Positions 51,628 to 64,000 of a stretch of DNA of 64,000 nt are shown here, one piece after another (within the stretch, counting starts at the first letter, position 1; each line of letters starts with the position of its first letter). The position numbers and the translations under genes were made by a program. Under the pieces are notes generated by a model. The model searched no databases, was not told where the DNA came from, and was given only the letters and a program-made list of their open reading frames with translations. Origin of the DNA: Ginglymostoma cirratum (Eukaryota); contig JAHRHZ010000019.1 in assembly GCA_024137785.1 (NCBI GenBank), positions 24,760,193 to 24,824,192 on the forward strand. The letters are read 5' to 3'.

Positions 51628-53299
51628 CTGTAGGAAAGACAAAATATTCAAAACAGTAAAAGGGATAGAGTAATAAAACATACTTGGGCAAAATTAATCC
51701 ATTTCTTTGGATGATTTTGTTACAGCACATCAAAAATAATCACATTTTTATTCGTAGAAATGCTGAAGGAAATTTATGACATCAGTAATTATTGTAACAC
51801 AGCACTTTGTTAAATTAATCTATAATTTGAAAAATGACAACATTAATTGCAACTAGGTTTTTGTGACACAAATAGCATTAAAAATCAAATGTTGTTATGC
51901 TTGTTCTGCAAGTCATGTATGATTTACAGTATTTCATTCAAGACATTTAATACAACCATGTTAATTCAAGTTACTGTAGGAAGAATTTAACATTTAATTC
52001 TCATGAAACGATTTCATGTAGTCAAGGAAGCTCCACCACATAATTTATAGTCTAACAATGTTCACAAAATACCTTTCTTAAATTTATTTTAAATGTGACA
52101 ATTACAACCAAAGTGATCACCTGAGCTTCCAAATTCTTTGAATTTTTAAGGATTTAAATAAATATATGAAACAAACTCTTTCAATTTTCTAAATATCAAA
52201 TCAGTTTGGTAATACTCTCCAAGTTCTCGACAATTTCACGCTTTACACAATGAGGCAGATGGAGCAGATACATTTTCATGCTAACTTTACCATATGAAGT
52301 AGGTTTACATGAAAACTATAGCGCGAAATTAAATATTAAATACTACCGAATCCTGAAAATTAAACAAAAGAGACTGACTGTAGGTACTGAACAAATAATA
52401 CATTTGATTACAACTTTCAATACCTTCACTTATCCAAATGACACGGATGTCAACAATGCACAAATCCACAACATACAAGTATTAAATCTCCTGTGTTTAG
52501 ACATGATTGATGTGCTTGTCATTTCAAAGACAGCTAAGCAATAAATGCAGATATCCTTCAGTTTCATTTGATATTGAGAACAGTTTTCACTTACAATAAG
52601 ACTCAATCCTCAAAAGAACATCTAGGTCAGCTTAACTAAATCTCCTAACCTCATCGATGTTCTGTATTTACAGCTTATTGCTCAAGTGTTTTACAAGCCA
52701 AGGAACCTTCTAAACTCCAGAATAATGGCCATGACAGAAAACATTCATTCCATTTGAATTAAACTTTCTGTAGCAGAAGTCTGACATCACACATTAGTTT
52801 TTCTACATGACTGGTATAACAACACATCCTCAACTGATTAGGGTATTTTCGATTCGTGCCATTATAGCCTCTTCATCTACTCATACTCTTTTTCAAAATT
52901 GATTAGGAATTTAAAACTAAACATGAACAATCTCTGCTGAGAAAAATAACTGTAGCCTAGCCTATATTAACACCAAATTGGAATATTTTCCCAGGTCCTC
53001 GGCACCTGATTTTTTGCCTTCCAAAGTCAAGTGCAACTCTTTACAGAAGTGTAAGATGATTGTATGGCTGTGCTGTAAATCCTCATTTTCATTCTTGTAT
53101 CGCAGATTAAATTCAGAACTTGCATGGTTTTTAATGTAAAGCCAAAAAGGAAATGATGCATGCTTCTAAACGGTTGTCCATAACAAGACAAAAAGCAATT
53201 TTACTGTAAATCTGGTTGATGGACCTTTTCAAAAAAAAACTTGTGCAAGCTCTTTATGTGTAACAAACAGCGGAACCAAGCTAACAGTAGTCAGATTAG

Positions 53300-54720
53300 G
53301 GTTTTAGTTCCAGTCTATGACTGATTGATTTTTGTTGAACTATTTCATCATAAATCAACATGCTCTCAATGCTCCATCCCGTTTGCATGTCTTAGGAAAT
53401 GGCACATCATTTCCACCTAAAGACATTCCATACCTAAAATAGCCTTGTTGCCGATGTCAGTCTATGCTGACAGTAGGTGCCCAAAGTATGGACATTGTGG
53501 GCCACATTGCCCAAGGCCTCATCACAGACTTTGATAACCAGGGGTAGTGCAGAGTGATGGGGCCATGGTGGTAGAGTACTTTTGTCTTACAAATGTTTAG
53601 TGTGAGACCCATGCTCTAATATACCTCAGCAAATGTGCTGATAATGGCTTGGATCTCAGCCTCCAAATGCATGCAGATGTAGCATTTGTAGTTCAATGAC
53701 AGAAGATGAGACAACCTTGGATCTGGCCTGCAGGCACTGGATTTAAAGAGGTTCCAACTTACTCAGTCAATTCACTCCATTCATGTAGGGAACTTGAGCA
53801 GAGGGAACTGGACCACTGCAGCAATTAAGATCTGTAAAATCTCAAGAAGAGCATCAATATGATGGAATGTGCAAATGACAGTTAGGTCTGTGGCGAATCC
53901 CTTTCTTATGGAGTCTGAGATCAAAGTGGGTAGAGAATGCTGACAAGTTTTTGAGGGCACTTGAAATGGAGGACGATGCTCCATAATCCCACATAATTGC
54001 CAGTGACCTTTGTGAACCAAAGGCAGCCATGTACAAGGACAGGTGTTCTCCCTGCATTTCTCTTGTAGTTGCTGTGTGGTGAAGATAAAGTGCCAACAGT
54101 GCTCCTTAGAGGGTGGAACTCATTGCAACTCTGGAATTAAATCTTCAGTCATAGGGAAAAGACAATTGAGGAGGATTCTTGGAATATCTTTTGCTGTGGT
54201 TCACAGCAGGGGAATTCCTTTGCAGCTACTGCAGTGAGACCTATTTTTCTTAAAGATGTCACGATGACTGACAGATCTCCTGGCAAATGCTCCTCCTTCT
54301 AGGTAAGGAAATTAGTCATGTAATCACATTAATAAGGCTTCTCAGTCACATTTTACTGCTGTGGCTGGGTTCCATTTGCTTCCTGTGCTTTGCTGATCCT
54401 TAGCTGTTGAATTTTTTTTCACCTCATGCGAGATTGAGGCTGTGCTTAGACAGAAGGTATGGCATGCTGTGGGTCAGAGTTGAGGACACTCACTTTAAAG
54501 ACAGAGTCTCTGTTAAGGACAACTTCCAAATAGCCATTTTAGGGGATGCCAATAGCCTTTCAGCCCTTGATCTGGCCATCATGGAGTTTCGCCTTGGTTG
54601 CACAGACCAAAAGTAATTTTGACTGTGTGAAGAAACCCCACACATTCTGGCTAACTGCTGGATCTTCTACACTTTCACTGACCACCATCTGTTCTTTAGA
54701 TTGCGTGATTTTTAGCCTGC
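53300..54720 (-). mobile_element. Decayed RTE-clade LINE RT region
   Basis: Minus strand FIFTTQQLQEKCRENT..LYMAAF near 54025-54090, the RTE DMIFTARQLQEKCREQ motif. Confidence 0.75.
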
Positions 54721-55027
54721 AGAGCTATTTAATAGATTGCAAGTTGGGCTGCTGTCATATATCATGTCTTAAATCCTTTATACCATATCTCAATTTTTTA
54801 AAAAATACCTCTCCAACTAGAATTTAATTTGCATTTGAGTGAATCAACACTGTCTGCTTTTACCATCCCCTGAAGAATCCTGACTCAGGATACATTGCAG
54901 CTCAATTAAGTACTAAACCTATACTATTCTTGTGCTTCTGCAGAAAAAGAAGGATTTTTTTGTTGAATGATTTTAAAATTATTTTACAAACTTCCCTTTA
55001 AATGGAAAAGAATAGAGATAATTTCTA

Positions 55028-55157
55028 CAGATAGTAAGAACTGTCGATGCTGGAGTCAGAGATAACACAGCATGGAGCTGGAGGAACACAGCAGGCCAGG
55101 CAGCATTAGAGGAGTAGGAAAGCTGACGTTTCGGGTCAGGATCCTTTTTCAGAAAAG
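55028..55157 (-). mobile_element. 130-bp stand-alone PLE-terminus/hammerhead unit with perfect 13-bp TSD
   Basis: gagataatttcta at 55015-55027 and 55158-55170; CTGAAAA-aggatcctgaccc-GAAA-CGTC on minus. Confidence 0.85.
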
Positions 55158-55189
55158 GAGATAATTTCTAAATATTTTCAATAGCCTTG

Positions 55190-55720
55190 CTTAAAACAGT
55201 AATGCCTCCATCTAATAAGCTGGTCATTCAAGTTTATGGTCAATGACTGTAGCAATTGCAGAGTTTTGTTACGCTTACTTGAAAAGGAATGTAATTGCAT
55301 TGGAGGCATTTCAGAGGAGGTTTACTAGATTAATTCCAGAGAGTAGGGCTTTGTCTAATTGAGAGGAGATTTAATTGAGGTATATTAAATGCTAAAGGTG
55401 TTTGACAAAGTAAAAGAAGAAAGGGTGTTTCCTCTGTAGGGCAATCTACAATGAGAAGGCATAGCAGATTTGAAACAAATAGGGAGAAATTACTTTGCCC
55501 AAAGGATTGTGAATCTGTGGAATTCACTACCCCAGAGTACAATGGATGCTAGAGCAGAGTAAATTTAACAAAGATTGACAGATTTGTGATTTGTTACAGG
55601 TTCAAGGGTTATGGAGAGTTCGCAGGAATGTGGAGATGAGGCCAAGATGAAGTCAGCCATGATCGAGCCTGCACCATGCACAGTACAAGGTGCCAAAGTG
55701 CACACTCTTACTTCAAGTTC
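55190..55720 (+). mobile_element. Decayed CR1 3' end
   Basis: ttggaggcatttcagaggaggtttactag, gtgaatctgtggaattcactacc. Confidence 0.75.
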
Positions 55721-57871
55721 TTATGCTATTTTCTTATTTAAGCTTATTTTCTGCTGAATACATTGCTGAAATATCATAATACAATGTTTCGTCTTCACAT
55801 TCTAACTGCCCAATGTACATTTCCAGTAACTTATGTTTTTTTTAAACAGTATATTTTCTCCGGCTGACTTTAAGTCCCAACTTTTTTGTTTAACAAATCA
55901 ATGGTATGTTACAGAGACAGAGACATTGTCCACAAAGAACCACATGCACCTCTATCCATTAATGAGACAGGAGTAGTTTTATATAGCTTGAGGGTAATCA
56001 CTCCATAAGTATCGGGTAATGTGAAGAGGTAGTCCTCCACGAACTATCACAGATGTATGAGAATTGAACCCATGCTGTTGGCTTTATTTTGAGTCACTCT
56101 AGTCATGTAGCTGATTGACCTATCTGACCCCCATGTGTGTACATATGTGACGAACCCTGTTACCTTTAAGAACAAGGAAGTTGCTTCCAAATAGCATTTT
56201 CAGATTTAGTTTAGAAGAGTAACTTTAGATGTTCCAACTTTCAAGTATAAATCCATGCAGAAAATTCCTGAGAAATAAAAATCTTAAAGTAGTGGAACAG
56301 CATTCAGAACAATAAAGGTAAAAGATCAGCAAAACCACAAACTGGCAGAGATAATGACTCTGATCTGGTTTCTTCATGGCTGGTCATCCTGCTGTCTGCC
56401 TTCATTCAGTAGAATACACCCTGCCAATTTTCACAGACTTTTAAAGTCATACAAATTGCTAGCTAGTAAAAACAAGGGCTGTGTTTGGAAGCTACAAATA
56501 TGTATCACATCAAAGTTATGGGTAGTCAAAAGGATCCTTTAATGCCATCTCTTAGCAAACAGGGGACAGTATGGAAAATACTCCATATCGTAATATACTT
56601 TCAGGTCATCTGTGTCATTTTCTCCCATCACCATTCACACACAAGTTTATCTCCATATTACAAGGCTTACCGTATTCGCTGCAGCCAGAGTTCAAATTTG
56701 GCAGGCCAAAATATATAACCACTGGATGAAAGTGGACCAAACTGAGGTATTTCAAAACAACTGTACTAACACAAAGATCTAATTTTGCTAATGCAACCTT
56801 AAGTTAAAGCTACTCCATTTAGGAATGAAAATTAAAGTATATTTTGTTTCAAGAAGAACTCTCTTTCCAGATTGAGATCAGTAGATGTTAGTCAGGTAAA
56901 GATTTAAAGGAGTATGTAACAACAGAGTAATTGGAATTGCGGTACCGCTCACACAACCTAACTGAATGGTGAAATAAGCTTGAGGAGTTTAATAAATTAC
57001 TCCTATTCCCACTCTTCATAACAATTCTTATGGCAAGATCAGAATATACTTTTAACAAAGAGACAACGCCTTCCATAGTCCATTATGTGTATTCCGATAA
57101 AAATTAAAATTCACTTTTTCAATAAAAAAAAGGCTCCAGCAAGAGTACCGAAGGTCTTATCAGATCAACATATCTCCTGATGTCAGTTCTCCAAAAAAAA
57201 ATGTAAAAGCTGGACAAACAGATAGTTTCACTCCAACTTATCCCTTTATATTACTAGGAAAGATTTTAATCAAGACCAGATAGAGTATGCAAAATTTAGT
57301 TGAGTGATCAGTCACCTTTAGCTGATCATAAGCTGCTTAAGGAATTACAGGAAGGAAAAGTTGAATTTAATATGATGCTGCAGCAGACTGGCTGATTATT
57401 TGCTCAGACATGCCCTACAGTAAATCTGACCAGATTCACCCTCTGTCTGCAGCAAATTAAATTCTGCTGCTTTTAAGCGCAACAAAAGAATTGATCAGTA
57501 AAGGGGATTAAGAACTTTATACACTCAGGACTTGCAGTTTAATTTAATTGTTCTACAATCACAATTTTAATACGCAAACATAATATTTGGCACAAAAGGA
57601 ACAACCTAATCAAGCCAAGCTAGAAAAACATTTAAATTTGAATAACATCTAACAAAAACAATAGCTTTAATTCTTAATGCAGCACTATGCAGACATCAAA
57701 AGAAGAAATTCTATACTTATCACATTAATAAGGTTAACATTATTCAATTTGTAGACTAAATTGCATCAGTCAGAATTAGACTAATACTCATCTTAGGTTC
57801 AGAATATTAATTGATGCTCATTGTTCAAACTAAAATGGCTATGTGAACAGCATAATAGGATGAAGTCTCAC

Positions 57872-57978
57872 CTCGATAATTTTTCTGGCCTCTTTGTATT
57901 TCCCATTCTGAAGAAAAGCGAAAAAAAGGTCATACAGCATCGTCATTTCACCTCGCTCCTGGTTTACAAAATCCATTG
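57872..57978 (-). CDS. LRPPRC: LRPPRC exon 25 equivalent (107 nt)
   Basis: AG/GTGAG; [35 protein letters not shown]. Confidence 0.97.
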
Positions 57979-59590
57979 CTGCAAGCACAAGAGAAAATTT
58001 TAAAGCGATGTAAGACAACAATCGTCAAAGTTAAAACTTCATCTCTCTTCATTCCAAGAAATGTTAGCAAAAAACCCCCCAGATTTTATGCATAGTACAT
58101 TTCATAAGGTTCTACCCATCATCTTTGTTTCGCAGTGGCAAAAAGTTAATTCAACATGACTTTTGTCCAGTCACAATACAGATTTTAGGATGAATAAAGT
58201 GGGAGGGTTCTTTCAAGAAAGGAAGTTACAGAAAATGTCTTTCGTCCTAATGAGCCTATTCATTTTTGATCCAGCTTTGCTTTCTCTGCAGGAACATGTT
58301 TAATTATTACTGGATCCATTTATACAACTAATAGTTTTCCCTGGTTATATATTCCATGCAATTAAAACATAAGAAGCACAGAAACAGAAAAGACCCCAGA
58401 AACTACCTAGTTGGCCCGCAAAAATTAATACCTCTATTAATTGGTTTTTGCACATCTCATTCAACCCCTAGTTTTTAAACTTTGGAACAATTTGTCCATA
58501 TTAATTCTCAACTTGCATTATTGCGCAAACTATTATAAAGTCAGTTCAGGTTCTCCTCCTTTCCAAAACAAGCTCAACTTACTTAGCCGTTCACTACAAA
58601 TAAACCCACTAGTCTTAAAGTGCTGCAATTTGTCTTGAACTTCACCAGGGAATTGCTTGCAAAACTACTAAATGATGCAAATATTCAATCAGAATTGTTG
58701 ACGGTCTATATTTTCGCATACAAGCACTTTGATGTTCAGACAAGATATACTAAGACTCTATACATATGCAAATGTTTTCCTTATGTTACTGATCACTTTG
58801 CTTAATTAATTAATTTCAATTAATTAGTCTTTCATTCAATTTCATAACACTTTTCTTAGTTCCAATGGGAGGCTTTACAACTCCATAAAATAGAAAATGT
58901 CCACAAAACAGACAAAAGAAACAAGACATTTATTTAAGCCTCACACTAATTCAGGGTAAAACAAAAATTCTGCTGCCACAGAACTTTGAGGTGCAATTCT
59001 GATACCAACTAAAGAAGCAACTAGTAGGTAAATCAAAGTAAAATAGAGCAGAAAGCAAATTTAAAGAAATAACATTCGATGTGTAACGATCTGATGCAGC
59101 TGCTAGAGCATCAGTTACACAGCAGCAAAACAATCTCATTGTTCTCCTTGAAAGTGAAAGGCAACATTCAAATATTCGAAGCCAAAATTAACATAGGAAA
59201 TAAAATTAAAAAGGAAGATTGAGGGTAAAAGTACTTAATATTTAGAATAATCTGAGATACTAATTTTTATGCAACTATCTGTGAAGTGATTTTATATCTA
59301 CCCATTGAGCAGTTGAAAATGCAGCATGTGAAGCTTTATAGTATTTATGAATCGATAAATAATCACCAGTGAAGTCTAATTCATAACTAACACAGCAAAC
59401 CTAAATGAAAATTACTCTATAAAAACCTGTAATTTATCGCAGAGAATATTCTACAGGTTTGCTTTTAAAGGGCACACAATAATTAGGATGTTGTGATACA
59501 AATTCAATTGGAGTAAAAGGGGAGGGAATCTGGCGAGAACACAGTAAAAAATACATTTTGGGTTGCTTTCACAGCTCCTCTATCAACCAC

Positions 59591-59715
59591 CTTTCTGCAA
59601 GAGATCAGTGTCTCCCTGATTGACCAACTTGCACAAAACGTCATGAAGTCTCGGCATCTGGCCATATTTCTTCTGACAATCAATTATTGCATCTAAGGCA
59701 GCAGGTAGATTCCCC
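59591..59715 (-). CDS. LRPPRC: LRPPRC exon 24 equivalent (125 nt); upstream exons lie beyond the window
   Basis: AG/GT; GNLPAALDAIIDCQKKYGQMPRLHDVLCKLVNQGDTDLLQK. Confidence 0.96.
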
Positions 59716-60779
59716 CTGGAACAAAAAAAAAGAAGACCACAGTAATATATTACAGAATTGAAAACAACACAGACAGTCCCTGTATTGCAAACACATTCCA
59801 TTTAAGTCCACTCACAAGTCAATTTATACACAAGTCGGAACACAATGCAAGGCAATATAAAATGGCGTTTGTAAGTACAAGTAAATGTTCAAACATTGGA
59901 TCTTTAATATCAGTAACACACCTAATATAGGATAGCATTCATAAATACAAGTGTTCATAAGTCAGCCATTTGTAAATTGGGGACCCCTTGTATGCCTAAT
60001 AACTTTTGGCCTGCTGAGACACAGTTTTTTGCCCAAGAAATTCATGCACATTAAGCTATACCTTAAGAAAGAATAGTTACAAATGAAATTTCAAATATAT
60101 CATTATGAAACTACTCCATTCAGGAGCATTCCACTTCTTCCACCTTCTTAGTGACAGCCAAGTCCAAGTTTTCTCACAGTGATGCACCTGTTTTGGCATC
60201 AGACAATACAAAATAAATAATGCTTCCTGCAGAAAAGAAACCAGTCTAACTACTTCCATTAAAACTGAAGGGGCAATAGAATGGGGCAACGGGAAATTAC
60301 AGGGTCACTCCCTTAGCACATAATAAATCCTGTTCAGAAACAGCACAGTTTACTACAATTTCATGAGACAAAGAGCTTAATCTTAATTGCAATTACATCT
60401 TGCAATGGAATGCTCAGAATAGCTGTCTTTAAATAAAGCTAATGAATAATGTAATAATGTTTTCTAAGCTAGAAAGCCCTTCATGCTGATTGGTTACATC
60501 AAAAAAATGCACAGCAGAATAATGGCGTTATCAAACATTGAAGAGCCTTCCACCTACAATGAATCATCCAACTGGGAACAAATATTATTCCCAACTATGA
60601 ACACAAATTTGACAAAGACAGCAATAAAATTGGACAATAATCATTCACTCCCAAAATTAAGAAAGGTCAGAAAGAAACAACCCTGAGGGACAAGGCATAA
60701 GATACATGCTGCCAGCCAAGAAGTAGACAGGGGGTTAGTTGGGTCTGTAGAAGCAGAAGAAAGCTAGAGTCAGCAGGCT

Positions 60780-62804
60780 TTTAGTTAAACATACTATCGG
60801 TACGGGGTGAAACTGACCATTTCTGGGTCCTTCCCAAATTAGACAGGAAGACAGTAAAAATGGAATTGGATACAGACACAGTAGCATTGCTGATTTCCAA
60901 AATCAGTTTTCAGGGACACGTCGAGGGCACTACCATTGACGCCTGCCAGAACTGTACTACATGGAACATGCGGTGCCACTGAAGGGGTAAGTACCAGTCA
61001 AAATACAGTTAAAGGATCAATGTGCAGAACTGCCACTTCACATAGTAAAAGGCAGATAACCCTGCATTATTCTCTGGTCTCGGGACCTTCATGAGAACTT
61101 CCATCTTTTTGGGTGTCTTGTGCAAGACCTCACCATCATTATATGGCCCAAGTCTTATTAATCAACAAATGGAGTGTTTAAAAAAAAAACAACACTCGTA
61201 TTTCTCTTTTCTCATTTGTAGGCTGTGATCCTGCAACCTCGTTAAGGTTCCTTCTAAATTTTTCAAATGTTCCTCTTCGGAGGATCCAGCAATCAAAATA
61301 TCATCCGAATAACAGTGGACCCCTGGCAATCCACTTAATATTTGATCCAATGGCCCTCTGGAACTCAGTCAGCGCTGACATGATGCCTAAAGGAAATTGC
61401 ATGTAGTGGAAAAGTCTGTTGTGTCACTATTGTCAGCAGCAGCTAAGACTCCTTCATGACCCCCGTCTGTCGGTAGGCCTGTGATAGATCCATTTTTGAG
61501 AACTTCTTTTCCCCATGCCCTCTAACGAATAGGTCTTTTCTGGGTGGTCTTCTATGAATGACGACAGAGAAGAATTATGCTCAAGTCGAAGGAGGAGGAT
61601 TGAGCATCGCGTTTGCCACTTGAAGTTCACCGATTTCCTTTATGACAGGCACTTCATGCTGCCGATCAACCACAGACCTCTAAACCTCCATTTTCGGCCG
61701 TTACAAGGGGATCCCATCAATGGCTGCAACACGTCTACAGAGATCGGCTCTGGCTTTGTTGGCCTACTCATGTGAGATCAAAAACCAAAAGATAGAGAGG
61801 CAGAGCAATTCAGGTCAATGCAGTCAATACCAGGGAATGAAGATGTTCCTGACTGAAAACTGAACATTACGTACTTTTCCCAGGCTGATGAGGTGCCGGT
61901 GTCAGTGAATCAGGTACGGACGCTAATCGGAACTACCGAATTTTGAACTGAGTGGTCGAGACAACGTGGACCAGTCATGGAAAGCACTCAATTATGCTTT
62001 TACCTGTCCAGGAAATGGGAGTTGTCCCTATTAGATGGGTGTTTAATGTGGGGACCTCAAGATCAAGGCTATTCCAAAGAAGAGAGAGAGACAGTGTTGA
62101 CCCAGAATTGTACATCTGGGAAAAAAAAGGATCCCAGCAGTGTTGGTGGCTCAAACAGGATCACTGTCATAAACAGCGCAGACTAGGGATGAACTGGTCC
62201 AGAGGAGACACGCAGACCACCTGGTGTCCGCATCTCACCAAGGGGTCAAGTCCCTCAGAATACCAAACCTGGCCAGATGGGACAAGGTGTTGACCAAGCC
62301 AGGGTTGGTTATACCCAGACAGGCAACAACAGCAGTGTCACAGGGCAACAACAGTCAGAGAGGCACATGCCTGCAGAACAACAGGCCTTCTGGAAGCCAA
62401 GTAGGCTACACTAGAGAAGGTTTCTGAAACAAGGAGACCATCTTCTAGGAATCATCATCCCCCTGAGAGATTGATCACTTTGATGCAAACTACAGAAGGG
62501 TCATTTTCTTTTCCCATGTTTTTAGTGTATATTCCTGACAATGTATGTTAGCTACAATGCTGGTATAACAGTTATAATTTTTGTATTTGTTTACTGATGG
62601 GATTTTGGGGAGGGGTGTTACGTATGTAGTTGGGGGTGCTGCCCTTTTAAGAGACCTGGTCAGGTGACCTCAAAGGGCAGAGTTTGTGCTAAGTCCAGAG
62701 CCATGTGTGGAGCTGTGAACTGCCATTATTAGTGTTTCTATTCAAATATACCAGTTGTCCACCTGGTACATAATTCCTGGTTTCAATGAGGCACCCACAT
62801 AACA
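60780..62804 (+). mobile_element. Gypsy LTR retrotransposon relic (protease, inverted RT, RNase H, integrase tail, PPT, 3' LTR)
   Basis: KMELDTD protease-like; FSKMDLSQAY and CYSDDILI RT on minus; RNYAQVE, NHRPL RNase H; PPT ggggagggg then LTR TGTTA(62616)...TAACA(62804). Confidence 0.85.
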
Positions 62805-63189
62805 ATGACACCCTGCATTAAGATGGAAGTTTACACAGAAAGCACTTTCTCAGTGCTTCACAAATTAATATCATACTAGTAAAGAGGTAGAAGGGACGCC
62901 TAAATATTGGTTTTCATCAGGTTTCAGTGAGAAGAGCTGAAGAGTGATGAACTTAAGAAGGGTGACTTATCAATCTGACCAAGGCTGCTGATAACTCTGC
63001 CATCAAACTCGAGGCACTATGTACAGAAGACCAGCAAAAAAGGAAACAAGGGAGGATCCTGTAATGTACCGCAAAGGAGGTGTAAAAATAGTTGAAATGA
63101 GACCAGAGAATAATTTAAGAACAAGCAGTTTAAACTGACATGCTGTGAAACAAGACATCAATGGAAGTCAAAGACATAGGTAATAATCG

Positions 63190-64000
63190 GAAACATAACA
63201 ACAAACAGGAGTACATCATGTGGTCACTTAAACTTTATGACATTCAATGCCATCACAAATGACTTTCTGCCTCAACTCCACTTTCCAATCAGTTCCTAAA
63301 TCTGTAATCTCCGACCAAAAATATGATTGTTTCAGCCTTGAATATACTCAATGAATGTACATGATTACATAAGTCCAAAGATTCACAAGCCAACAGGTGA
63401 ATAAATTTTTCATCTCAGTCCTAAATGAGCAAACCTCTACCTGAAGTGTACTCTCCCATGTTTTAGATTCCCAGCTAGTCAAAGCAATGACTCAGTGACA
63501 ACCCTGTCAAGCATCTTGTATGCCTTAATAGGATCCCCTCTCACTCTTCTAAACTCCAGACAGTGTAGAACAAATTTACGCTGCAACTCACCATAAGATA
63601 ACTTTCTCAAGCCACCCACCCATTTGATACGCCCTCACTGTACTGAGTCCAAGGCTAATTACATACTTTTAGATATGGTGACCTAACTGCACATAGTACT
63701 CCAGGTATGATCTGACAAAGCAGTGAAAGCCTGTGGCAAGGTTTCGTTGCTCTTGTATCTCAGTTCCCTTGCAATAAAAGCAACATTCCATTTCCCTTCC
63801 CAATTGCCTGCTGGTCCCAGCATGGACCTAAGCTCTATGCTAAAACTGTGTTCTTTGTATAATGGGAACCAAAGTCTCTGTGAACAACAACTCTTAAGTT
63901 TCAGGTCCTTTAAAATATATTCTGCTTTTTGTTCATAGTGTAAAAGTGAATAACTCCATATATTCCATCTACTACCATGCTGTTGACTCACTTGACCTAT
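63190..64000 (-). mobile_element. Decayed CR1 3' portion (runs off window)
   Basis: AFIARELRYKSNETL motif; aaacataa tail near 63190. Confidence 0.75.

Overview
Vertebrate genomic DNA; the repeat content (HE1/V-SINE-like SINEs, CR1, Penelope-like elements) points to a cartilaginous fish, probably a shark (inference). It holds the 3' ends of two convergently transcribed, intron-rich genes. ABCG8 contributes its last 4 coding exons (+ strand, 573-9175). LRPPRC contributes its last 15 coding exons (- strand, 59715 down to 21723). I located all 19 exons by hand: each has an AG acceptor, all internal exons have GT donors, and the phases join into continuous frames. The rest is intron and intergenic sequence filled with decayed CR1, RTE, Tx1/L1, Gypsy, SINE and Penelope-like (PLE) elements, plus two N gaps. 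Most ORFs in the supplied track are spurious or transposon fragments. The best non-routine signals are: (1) about 9 minimal type I hammerhead-ribozyme motifs in PLE termini, including ~130-bp stand-alone units with apparent target-site duplications and intact cores in the sense orientation of host introns; (2) two PLE insertions with inverted arms; (3) a ~100-bp inverted local copy pasted into a CR1; (4) a convergent pair of strong CTCF motifs; (5) a Gypsy relic with an inverted RT segment. I found no convincing wholly new protein-coding system. Human comparisons and exon numbers are from memory, not alignments, and repeat boundaries are approximate.
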